Of a DNA stretch of 64,000 nt, positions 10,930 to 20,361 are shown in pieces. A model generated the notes under the pieces. It was given only the letters and a program-made list of their open reading frames with translations. It had not been told where the DNA came from and did no database searches. Source of the DNA: Tubiluchus corallicola (taxonomy: Eukaryota; Animalia; Priapulida); the NCBI GenBank assembly GCA_030141605.1, contig JAQGDQ010000033.1, positions 1-64,000 of the forward strand, written 5' to 3'. Numbering within the stretch: position 1 is the stretch's first letter; each line of letters opens with the position of its first letter. Made by a program: the position numbers and the translations under genes.

Positions 10930-11500
10930 GACAGCAAACTTGCAAGTGTGAACAGCTTTGCGAGTTACTGCCGTCAAGAAATTGCAAAATCTCCGATGGT
11001 TACTGCGAGTTGATTTTCTGTCTAGTGTGAACGCTTCAGTGAGTTAATCTTGACACTTCTCTGCAGTGAATAGAGAAGTGAGTGTAAGTTCGCACTTACT
11101 GTTCGAGAGTAACTTGCATTAAGTTTTGCTCTTTAGTCTGAACACGCCTGCGAGTTACAGCCGGCAAGAAATTGCAAAATCTCCGATGGTTACTGCGAGT
11201 TGATTTTTTGTCTAGTGTGGACACCTCAGCTAGTTACTCTCTACACTTCTCGCAGTGAACAGAGATATGAGTGTCAGTTCGCACTTACTGTTGGAGAGTA
11301 ACTTGCAGTAAGTTTTGCTCTCTAGTCTGAACATGCTTGTGAGTTACTTGGTGAGTTACTCTCGGCACTTCTCGCAGTGAACAGAAAAGTGAGTGTCAGC
11401 TCACACTTGCTGTGGGAGAGTAACTCTCAGCCAGTTTTGCTCTCTAGTCTGAACACGCTTGTGAGTTACTTGGCGAGTTTACTTAGTCTGAACGCGCCTT
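10930..11500. repeat. Degenerate complex tandem repeat (~120-190-bp units) with Harbinger-like end motif (GTCTGAACRCGCCT)
   Basis: gcgagttac..aagaaattgcaaaatctccgatggttactgcgagttgatttt recurs at ~10961 and ~11150. tagtctgaacacgc recurs about four times. The tract ends gtctgaacgcgccttta. Confidence 0.65.
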
Positions 11501-11650
11501 TATTAACTGTAGTAGAACACAGTAAAGCTAAGCTCGTTCTTTTGCCACGCTAATGTCACGTCCAGTTAAACAATATTGTTTTAATTACAAGCACATGAAA
11601 ACATTTATAGTTAAAACATCACGACTTTATTAAAACTTTATTAATCACAC

Positions 11651-11690
11651 CAAAATTTCGACTGAGCTACTGCTGTCATCATCAGTGACA
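11651..11690 (-). ncRNA. Degenerate minimal type I hammerhead ribozyme motif (PLE type)
   Basis: Minus strand: TGTCA-CTGATGA-T-GAC(agcagtagctca)GTC-GAAA-tttt. Core boxes are intact; stem III and the 3' side of stem I are decayed. Confidence 0.55.
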
Positions 11691-11900
11691 AATTTTTACA
11701 AACATACAACCAGTTTATATAGGCGGAGTCTACAGTATAGAACACTATGCACTAATTATGTATTTAACAGAAGCTAAATAGGTAATGACTAAGCAGACTT
11801 GTAGAAGAGAAATTGATAGTATAGAATGCACTAATAGCGTATCTCGTCGTCGTCGTCGGCTTTCACTCGTTTCCGAGTATTGTCCTTTCGGTCAAAGTTA

Positions 11901-14900
11901 CTAGCTGTGGTGGGCACGTTGGTGGCTTAACAGCCCGATCCTTGCTCGAAACATTCTGGTGCATTTGTCACATTGGATGGTGGGAGTTACCTGAGATTGA
12001 CGGGCCTTCTCTTTCCTTCGTTGACGTTTGGCTTCAATTGCTGCTCGTCTGGTTGTTTCAAAATGCTCAGTCCCTTCCTGGATGACTCTTCTCCACTTTG
12101 TTCGCTGCCGCGCTGTCTGCTCCCAGGTTTCTGGATCGATCCTTGCTGATTGCAGGGTTTCTTTTAGTTGGTCCTTGTAGCGGCGCCTAGGGCGGCCCAG
12201 GGGGCGTTTTCCAGTGCTCAGCTCACTGAAGAGGATCCTTCGGGGAAGTCTGTTTTCGTCCATACGTGCTACATGACCTGCCCACCTTAGCCGATGTTTC
12301 GTAATCATAGCTTCTATACTAGTGGTGTTGAATCTCTCGAGAACTGAATTATTGGTGACATAATCATCCCATCTGATGTTGGAAACTGAGCGAAGCTTTT
12401 TCTGGTGGAACTGTTCGAGTTTTTTCAGGTCTTGGCGGTACAGAGTCCATGTTTCACATCCGTAAAGGAGTGTGGAAACGACAATAGCATTATAGACCAT
12501 CAGCTTGGTTCGACGAGTTAGATGAGCATTACCAAAGACACGGGTTGAGAGTCTGCCGAAAGCGGCATGGGCAGCTCTAAGCCTATTTTCCACATCCTTT
12601 GTTGAGTTGCACTGGACGGAGAGTAGACTGCCCAGGTACGGGAAATGTTCAACACATTGTAGATCTGCACCATTAATGGAAATGTTACATACTGGTGTGT
12701 CTGCTTCAGATGATGGTTGGACAATAACTTTGGTTTTTCCTATGTTGACTGTAAGGCCAAAGCGAGAATATGCGTCACAGAAGTTGCTGACTGATTGTTG
12801 CAGGTGATTGGCTGAGTGGGCTGGTGCCGCATTATCATCCGCATATTGCAGCTCTGTCACTCTGAAGGTTGTGGTGCGGTTCCTGGCTCGAAAACGCGAC
12901 AGATTGAAGAGCCCCCCATCAAAGCGGCATCTCAATTCCACCCCTGGATTGTCTGGTGGAAGGTCATGAAGCATAGCAGTGAGATAGAGTGAAAAGAGCG
13001 TTGGTGCGAGGACACAGCCTTGTTTTAGTCCACAAGTGATTGGGAACTCTTCTGAGATAGTGTTTTGGTTGATAATACGTGCCGTCATACCATCATGCAT
13101 AGCTTGTATCATCTTGATGAAGTCATCTGGAAGACCAAAACGTTGCAGGACAGCCCACATGGCTTCTCTCGGAACGCTGTCATTGGCTTTTTCTAAGTCA
13201 TAGAACACGAGGAAGAGAGGCTTCCGCTGCTCACGGGCCTTTTCCTGCAGTTGTCGCGCACAGAAGATCATATCAATGGTCCCACGTAAAGCTCGGAACC
13301 CACAATGAGATTCAGGTATGATCCTTTCTGCAACCTCCTGAAGACGGTTCAAGATAATTCTTGACAGAATCTTTCCGGCAATTGAAAGCAGTGATATCCC
13401 CCTGTAGTTTCCACACAGGTTGCGATCCCCCTTTTTAAAGATAGTGACAATGAGTGCATTTTTCAGGTCATCTGGGACTCGTTTTGTTTCCCACATTTGA
13501 AGCATCAGGTTGAACAGTCGGTTCTTGAGAGCAGGTCCACCATGACTGATGAGTTCCACTTGGATATTGTCGGGTCCAGCAGCCTTCCCTCGAGGCATAC
13601 GCTTAATGGCTGTTTCAAACTCAATAAAGTTGGGTGGAACCGATAACTGGGGTTGCAGGGGATGCTGTGGAACATTCCTTAGGAAGTCAGCTGCTGTCGT
13701 TGAGTTCCGGTTTAGCAAGGTGTTAAAGTGCTGTTTCCATCGGTCCAGAATATCTTGGCTCTCGGTCAGGAGGGTGGTGTTGTCGGCTGACATAAGAGTT
13801 CCCACTGATGTTCTTCTAGGACCATAGATCTCCTTGGTGCCTGCGTAGAAACTTCTAAGGTCTCTGCAATCTGCATGATGTTGAAGTTCTTCTGCCTTCT
13901 GTTGCCACCAGTTGTTTTGGAGCTCCCTCATTCTGGACTGACATTGACTTTTCAGTTGTTGGAACCTGACTTTCTTCTCGAATAACAGGGGATACTGCTC
14001 ATGGTCTATCCTGGCTTTTCGCTTGGCATCAATGAGAGCAGCGATTTCTTGGTCATGGGAGTCAAACCAGTCTTGATGCTTCCTTTCTTGGAGTCCAATT
14101 GTGCCTTGGGCTGCCTCTTCCATAGCCGTGCGTAGGTTAGTCCATTCTGAGTCTAGTGAGGTATTAACTTGGTTTGCAGTTATCTTTTGATTGAGCGCAT
14201 CTCTATAGTTTTGAGACGTGGTTGGGCTTGTTAGTTTACTGATGTCATATCTTCTTCTAACCTGGTTGTTGATGCGAGTTCTTGGTTTTCGATGCAGGCT
14301 CATTCTTATTTTGCTGATCAGAAGACGGTGGTCTGTCCAACAGTCATCAGCACCGGGCAAGCTCCTAGTAACCAAAACATCCTTCTTATGCTGTTGTTTG
14401 ACAATGACGTAGTCAAGGGTATGCCATAATTTAGACCGAGGGTGTCTCCATGTTGTTTTGAAACGGTTAGGAAGCCGAAATTGGGTATTAGTGATGAAAA
14501 GCTCATGCTCAGCACAAAGGCCAAGGAGGAGGAGTCCATTTGCATTACAGTTACCAATGCCCTGTTTTCCAATAATGTTTTCCCAGAGGAGATTGTCTTT
14601 GCCCACTCTAGCATTAAAGTCTCCCAAGAGTAGAAGGCGGTCCCTCGCTGGAACTTGGGAGATGGTGTCGCTTAGTTGTTGGTAGAAAGTTTCCTTGACA
14701 TCATCTTGAGCATCCAATGTTGGAGCGTAGGCAGAAATCAAGGTGGCAAAGTTATTCTCTGGGAGAGGCACACGAAGAGTCATAAGTCGTTCGTTGATGC
14801 CTTTTGGAGCCATGTTATGGTTTCTGACCAGTTGACTCCTAATGGCAAAGCCCACTCCGTGGTTCCTCCGTTCCTCTTGGTCTTTTCCCTTCCAGAAGAA

Positions 14901-15182
14901 GGTGTATCCAGCACCAGTCTCCTCAAGCTGCCCTTCTTCAGAAATCCGTGTTTCACTGAGAGCAGCTATATCAATGTTGAATCTGGCAAGCTCTTTAGCA
15001 ACTAGGGCTGTCCGTCGTTCAGGTCTATCCGAATTTTTGCGATCCAGAAGTGTCCGAACATTCCAAGATCCAATAGTTAGTACGGTAGTTTTAAGATTAT
15101 TTTCCTTTTTATTTCGCCCGCAGAAGTGGGTAACCCGCTGGGTGCGGTAGTCCAGCCAGGCAAAAAAAGTGACTTCCGATGT
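11901..15182 (-). CDS. RTE polyprotein: AP endonuclease + reverse transcriptase + C-terminal C2H2 finger (stop-to-stop frame of 1093 codons, no ATG before the APE domain)
   Basis: The frame extends upstream of the listed ORF through LTIGSWNVRTL..DIAALSETR. APE motifs YAPT, LLGDFNARVG, LDYV, TDHRLL. RT motifs NYRGISLL, GLKQGCVLAP, LQYADD, FPYLGS. C-terminal CDKCTRMFRARIGLLSHQRAH. Confidence 0.95.
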   Translation of the reverse strand, partial: TSEVTFFAWLDYRTQRVTHFCGRNKKENNLKTTVLTIGSWNVRTLLDRKNSDRPERRTALVAKELARFNIDIAALSETRISEEGQLEETGAGYTFFWKGKDQEERRNHGVGFAIRSQLVRNHNMAPKGINERLMTLRVPLPENNFATLISAYAPTLDAQDDVKETFYQQLSDTISQVPARDRLLLLGDFNARVGKDNLLWENIIGKQGIGNCNANGLLLLGLCAEHELFITNTQFRLPNRFKTTWRHPRSKLWHTLDYVIVKQQHKKDVLVTRSLPGADDCWTDHRLLISKIRMSLHRKPRTRINNQVRRRYDISKLTSPTTSQNYRDALNQKITANQVNTSLDSEWTNLRTAMEEAAQGTIGLQERKHQDWFDSHDQEIAALIDAKRKARIDHEQYPLLFEKKVRFQQLKSQCQSRMRELQNNWWQQKAEELQHHADCRDLRSFYAGTKEIYGPRRTSVGTLMSADNTTLLTESQDILDRWKQHFNTLLNRNSTTAADFLRNVPQHPLQPQLSVPPNFIEFETAIKRMPRGKAAGPDNIQVELISHGGPALKNRLFNLMLQMWETKRVPDDLKNALIVTIFKKGDRNLCGNYRGISLLSIAGKILSRIILNRLQEVAERIIPESHCGFRALRGTIDMIFCARQLQEKAREQRKPLFLVFYDLEKANDSVPREAMWAVLQRFGLPDDFIKMIQAMHDGMTARIINQNTISEEFPITCGLKQGCVLAPTLFSLYLTAMLHDLPPDNPGVELRCRFDGGLFNLSRFRARNRTTTFRVTELQYADDNAAPAHSANHLQQSVSNFCDAYSRFGLTVNIGKTKVIVQPSSEADTPVCNISINGADLQCVEHFPYLGSLLSVQCNSTKDVENRLRAAHAAFGRLSTRVFGNAHLTRRTKLMVYNAIVVSTLLYGCETWTLYRQDLKKLEQFHQKKLRSVSNIRWDDYVTNNSVLERFNTTSIEAMITKHRLRWAGHVARMDENRLPRRILFSELSTGKRPLGRPRRRYKDQLKETLQSARIDPETWEQTARQRTKWRRVIQEGTEHFETTRRAAIEAKRQRRKEKARQSQVTPTIQCDKCTRMFRARIGLLSHQRAHHS

Positions 15183-15727
15183 CTAGCCCAAGTTTTCTAG
15201 GGCCTTCCTCATTTGAGGTGGGCAGCGGTGGTCCTGAAAAGGCCTGCCCAGTCACAAGTGCAGGACCGGATCCTTGAGTAGTCGCAGTTTCTCAAGAAGG
15301 CGACCATCACACACTTGCCGCCAACGTGTAGGTCGAGGCTAAGAGCTTCCAGTTTAACCAAACCTGCTCCCGTCACCCTTATCCCATCGCCGTTGGGCTT
15401 GAGTTTTATTTGACCGAAAGGTGGCCATTGGCGTGAGATTGATTAAGGTGGGCAACTACTTGCCGGGTAGAAGCCCACACACTTGGCTTTCAGATCAATT
15501 TCTGTGGCTCCTGGGGGGAGACAGACAGGATTTCCTTGAAAGTCGCAGCAGGTTGCCATTCTTCCAGTATTTTGAGAGATGCCTTCTAGCCAGCCCACAT
15601 GGCATTGCCCTCATCCGCCATCTCAGCCGTTGAGAACTAAGCATGGTTCACTTCCGCCTGATCCGCCGTTGGGGTCTTCGGTCGTAACCCTGACCAGGGT
15701 GAAGCGTTATACCCCGCGACATTGGGT

Positions 15728-15876
15728 CCTTGCCTGAACTTTGTAACTGCCTAAGCAGCCTCCACCCCCGCGACTTGGACGCGCCAGACAAGAGTTGCCA
15801 CTGTGTAGACTAGAGAAGGAGACTCTAACTACCAGCAGCCGGGTTAACTACCCTGTATGGTAACAGAGCAGAAGGC
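15728..15876 (-). ncRNA. Predicted HDV-like self-cleaving ribozyme at the RTE 5' end
   Basis: Minus strand, folded by hand: P1 GCCUUC/GGGGGU (G1 = first base of the element, G1-U wobble); P2 CUUGUCUGG/UCAGGCAAG; P3 GCG/CGC with L3 UCCAAGU; P1.1 CC/GG; P4 GGCUGC-UUAG-GCAGUU; J4/2 ACAAA with candidate catalytic C at 15743. Confidence 0.75.
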
Positions 15877-17130
15877 AATAGCGTATCTAACAGAAGCTAA
15901 ATAGGTAATGACTAAGCAGACCTGTAGAAGAGAAATTGATAGTATAGAATGCACTAATAGCGTATCTAACAGAAGCTAAATAGGTAATGACTAAGCAGAC
16001 CTGTAGAAGAGAAATTGATAGTATAGAATGCACTAATAGCGTATCTAACAGAAGCTAAATAGGTAATGACTAAGCAGACTTGTAGTAAAGAAATTGATAG
16101 TATAGAATGCACTAATAGCGTATCTAACAGAAGCTAAATAGGTAATGACTAAGCAGACCTGTAGAAGAGAAATTGATAGTATAGAATGCACTAATAGCGT
16201 ATCTAACAGAAGCTAAATAGGTAATGGCTAAGCAGACTTGTAGAAGAGAAATTGATAGTATAGAATGCACTAATAGCGTATCTAACAGAAGCTAAATAGG
16301 TAATGGCTAAGCAGACTTGTAGAAGAGAAATTGATAGTATAGAATGCACTAATAGCGTATCTAACAGAAGCTAAATAGGTAATGACTAAGCAGACTTGTA
16401 GAAGAGAAATTGATAGTATAGAATGCACTAATAGCGTATCTAACAGAAGCTAAATAGGTAATGACTAAGCAGACCTGTAGAAGAGAAATTGATAGTATAG
16501 AATGCACTAATAGCGTATCTAACAGAAGCTAAATAGGTAATGACTAAGCAGACTTGTAGTAAAGAAATTGATAGTATAGAATGCACTAATAGCGTATCTA
16601 ACAGAAGCTAAATAGGTAATGACTAAGCAGACCTGTAGAAGAGAAATTGATAGTATAGAATGCACTAATAGCGTATCTAACAGAAGCTAAATAGGTAATG
16701 ACTAAGCAGACTTGTAGAAGAGAAATTGATAGTATAGAATGCACTAATAGCGTATCTAACAGAAGCTAAATAGGTAATGACTAAGCAGACTTGTAGAAGA
16801 GAAATTGATAGTATAGAATGCACTAATAGCGTATCTAACAGAAGCTAAATAGGTAATGACTAAGCAGACTTGTAGAAGAGAAATTGATAGTATAGAATGC
16901 ACTAATAGCGTATCTAACAGAAGCTAAATAGGCAATGACTAAGCAGACTTGTAGAAAAGAAATTGATATAGTAAATTATGCATTAATTATGTATTTAACA
17001 GAAGCCAAATAGGTAATGATTAAGCAGACCAGTAGAAAAAAAATTGATACAGTAAATTATGCACTAATTATATATTTAACAGAAGCCAAATAGGTAATGA
17101 TTAAGCAGACCAGTAAAGAAATTGATACAG
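15877..17130. repeat. 79-bp tandem array (~14 clean copies plus diverged flanking copies; one more unit at 11766-11844)
   Basis: Unit TAACAGAAGCTAAATAGGTAATGACTAAGCAGACTTGTAGAAGAGAAATTGATAGTATAGAATGCACTAATAGCGTATC. Period 79 (15901 vs 15980). Confidence 0.97.
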
Positions 17131-17729
17131 TAACGAACAGTTAAGTGTTTGAGACTAAAGTTAAAGGAATTGAACTGCTTCGTACAGTAAGAGAAGGCTT
17201 ATTAGGCTACATAGATAAACTTTCTTTTATTTGCATACTACATATAGCACTATTGTTTAAACAATGGTCACATGAACAGAGTTTTGCACTTGCTAAAGCC
17301 TGGACCTACTAAGAACTATTGCACATATTTTAATTAACGTTCAAATTCTGTTACACGATGTAAAATCAGCTCTAGCAAAAACATCGTGCAATTTGATTTG
17401 GAGCAAATATTAGCTTGTCACTGAAAACAATCTAATCAGGGCAGGTATTCGTGACCTGCTATCAAGCAGATTCACAGCGTATTATAGTTTAATATAATCT
17501 GCAGCATAAAAATAAATTACAAAATTGTTTTTATTTCTAAGCCAAATTTAATGTAATATGTTGACATTTTAATGGAAAAGTTTATTGTAAAAAATGTTAA
17601 TAAATCCGGGGGGGGGTCGAATAAACTGTTTACAGAACAAAGTTAACCTATCCCGTTTGCTGAATTTTCATGGCACGTTTTTCTTGGCATTTTTATCTAT
17701 TTAACTTCACAGCCATATCACTTAAATGA

Positions 17730-17915
17730 TATGTACAAGTGTGCAAAAGTATGTACAAGTATGTATAAGCATGTACAAGTATGTACAAGTATGTAAAAGC
17801 ATGTACAAGTGTGCACAAGTATGTGCAAGTATGCACAAGTATGTAAAAGCATTTTCAAGTATGTACAAGTATTTTCAAGTATGTACAAGTATTTTCAAGT
17901 ATGTACAAGTATTTT
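17730..17915. repeat. 10-bp minisatellite (AAGTATGTAC)n
   Basis: Seen directly. Confidence 0.9.
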
Positions 17916-17924
17916 CCGGAAGGA

Positions 17925-18778
17925 GTTTACAATTCTTCTCACAATTTAAACACCCTAACTCTAGCCCTAACCCTAATCCAATTCTAACCCTAACACTAAA
18001 CCTAATCCTAACCCTAACCCAAGCCTAATCCTAACCCTAACCCTAAACCTAATCCTAATCCCAACCCTAGCCCTAACCCTAATCCAAGTCTAACCCTAAC
18101 TCTAAACCTAATCCTAGCCCTGACTCTAACCCTAACAAAAGCCTAATTCTAACTCTAATCCTAATCCTAACCCAAGCCTTACACCAGGGGTGTGCAAATT
18201 GCGGCCCGCGGGCCACTTGCGGCCCGCCGAGAGAATTTGTGCGGCCCGCGAAGAGATTTGTCAACCTAATGAAAGTGCAGCCCAGGCGATTAATTGAGTG
18301 TATCCAGCTGAAGTCCGTGCCACGATCCCAAAGATAGTGCGGGTAGTTTTTTCTACTAGATCGGATGCCATTAACCCTTACAAGACAGTTGTAGCTTAAT
18401 GTCGCTGTACTACACAGACTGTGTGATACACATTACTAATATGCATTGTAATAAAATTACCACTATCTGTCCTGAAAGTAGAAATATATGGTTTATAATA
18501 TAAATTTTAATAACTTCTAAAATAGTTTCTCGAGTGTAGTAGTAATGATGTACGCAGGTCGGATGCAGAAAAAATCCTTATTAGGCCTTTCTGTACTTGG
18601 CTCCTTGATCAAACTGCCTGTGGCTCGCAGGAATTGCGAGAAAGTTTAATGTGGCTCAGCTAGTCAGATAATTTGCACACCCCTGCCTTACACTATCTCT
18701 ACCCCAATAATCTTAATCATGACTCTGACCCTAACCCAAGCTTAATCCTAAACCGCTTCACCAACTAATTGTAAACTT
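17925..18778. repeat. Degenerate (CCCTAA)-like hexamer tract within a small inverted-repeat-bounded element
   Basis: ccctaa/cctaat variants at 17953-18176 and 18694-18752, flanked by agtttacaatt ... aattgtaaact. Confidence 0.65.
18185..18685. mobile_element. hAT (Charlie-like) MITE, 501 bp
   Basis: 16-bp TIR CAGGGGTGTGCAAATT / AATTTGCACACCCCTG. 8-bp TSD CCTTACAC at 18177-18184 and 18686-18693. Subterminal GCGGCCCGC repeats. Confidence 0.93.
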
Positions 18779-18834
18779 TAGTCCACGTTCCTATCAAATT
18801 TATGAAATTTGTGGGTTTCTATCTGTGGGATAGC

Positions 18835-19220
18835 ACGACTATAACCATGATCACGACGGTAATTGTGATGATGACTATGATGATGATTAAGTCGATGATG
18901 GTGATGTTAGCAGTGATGATGATGATGACGATGATTACGATGATGATGACGATGACGATGATGATGAAGATGATGATGATGACGACGACTATGATGATGA
19001 TGATGATGACGATGACGATGACGATGATGATGACGACGACGATGATGATGATGATGACGACGACGACTATGATGATGATTAAGACGATGGTGGTGAGTGT
19101 TAGCAGTGATGATCGATGGTGACGATGCTGATGATGCGATGACAACGATGATGACGACGATGACGATGATGACGACGACGACGATGGCAATGATAATGAT
19201 GACGACAATAATGACGACCG
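18835..19220. repeat. Degenerate (GAT/GAC)n tract
   Basis: Seen directly. Confidence 0.92.
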
Positions 19221-19414
19221 TGAACAAACATACTACGGTATATGATACACATATAAGATGCTCAAATACTGATTTATTTGTTGTATTTTTTTCAACATAA
19301 ATATGCAGACATCTGCAGGATGCCAGTCATTTAACAATCGTGACTTAGACCTAGTAAGTCGTGCACTTGTGGGTAAACGCAACATTTTTATCTTATGTAA
19401 ACACTAGTAACTTT

Positions 19415-19422
19415 CTATAAAT
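19415..19422 (+). promoter_or_regulatory. Candidate TATA box of the FAR-like gene
   Basis: CTATAAATA about 50 bp upstream of the ATG at 19465. Confidence 0.4.
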
Positions 19423-19464
19423 ACGCCTTTTAAAAATTCTGGGAGACGCGCGACTGCTGGAAAG

Positions 19465-19985
19465 ATGGAACAACCGCCGTCTGTTGCCGAGTTTTATGCC
19501 GGAAAATCCGTGTTTGTGACAGGAGGATCGGGATTTATAGGTAAGAAATCAATTCAACGTGAATTTTTTTACCACGAAAAGATTATAAGTTGCTGAATCT
19601 GGGTTGCTAAAATGCTTCGTTGCTAAAAGTGAGTCTGTAATGATGATATTAACCCACAATGAATTAATTCTTCCATAGCAAACTTGGAAAACAGGAAATG
19701 ATTAAAAGAGGGATACAATCCCAGGTTTGAACCGTTGTCCTTCTGCTTACAAGGCAGACGCCTTAGACCACTATTCCACCGTATTCCGAAGTGATCAAGG
19801 TTTGTGTGATTATGTGATGTCTGTGTCTACCTTGATCGCTTGGAAATACGGAGGTTTTGTGGTCTAAGATGTCTGTCTTGTAAGCAAAAGATTCTGGTTC
19901 AAATCCAGACACCAAAATTTAATTAATTGTGGAATTGATTCATCATTAGGCCTAATTATATCCTTGATTTCAAGCTCAGACCTAT

Positions 19986-20017
<32 letters not shown>

Positions 20018-20318
20018 GATAATGATAATGATAATGATAATGATAATGATAATGATAATGATAATGATAATGATAATGATAATGATAATGATAATGATAA
20101 TGATAATGATAATGATAATGATAATGATAATGATAATGATAATGATAATGATAATGATAATGATAATGATAATGATAATGATAATGATAATGATAATGAT
20201 AATGATAATGATAATGATAATGATAATGATAATGATAATGATAATGATAATGATAATGATAATGATAATGATAATGATAATGATAATGATAATGATAATG
20301 ATAATGATAATGATAATG

Positions 20319-20361
<43 letters not shown>

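Larger units (their letters stand above)
11845..15876 (-). mobile_element. Full-length RTE-clade non-LTR retrotransposon (4032 bp)
   Basis: 12-bp TSD AATAGCGTATCT at 11833-11844 and 15877-15888. (GAC)n 3' tail, ~55-bp 3' UTR, ~700-bp 5' region and an uninterrupted APE-RT ORF. Confidence 0.96.
11610..17290 (-). mobile_element. Degenerate Penelope-like element 3' end / pseudo-LTR, hosting the 79-bp array and the RTE insertion
   Basis: The minus strand near 17150-17240 reads QIKESLSM*PNKPSLTVRSSSIPLTL, resembling a PLE GIY-YIG C-terminus. Downstream are a hammerhead-like core (11651-11690) and AATAAA motifs. A second copy of this end lies at ~21783-21950. Confidence 0.6.

Noticed and set aside
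15584-15592. Alternative HDV P1 partner (AGAAGGC) about 285 nt into the RTE
   Set aside because: It pairs with GCCUUCU but lacks a proper L3, P1.1 GG and J4/2. The proximal fold fits far better, though this pairing could be a competing structure.
17953-18752. Telomere or chromosome-fusion relic (CCCTAA)n
   Set aside because: Highly degenerate, short, single orientation and bounded by inverted repeats, which fits an interspersed element better.
19710-19914. Functional tRNA-Thr genes
   Set aside because: Acceptor and T stems do not pair properly; treated as tRNA-derived repeat arms.
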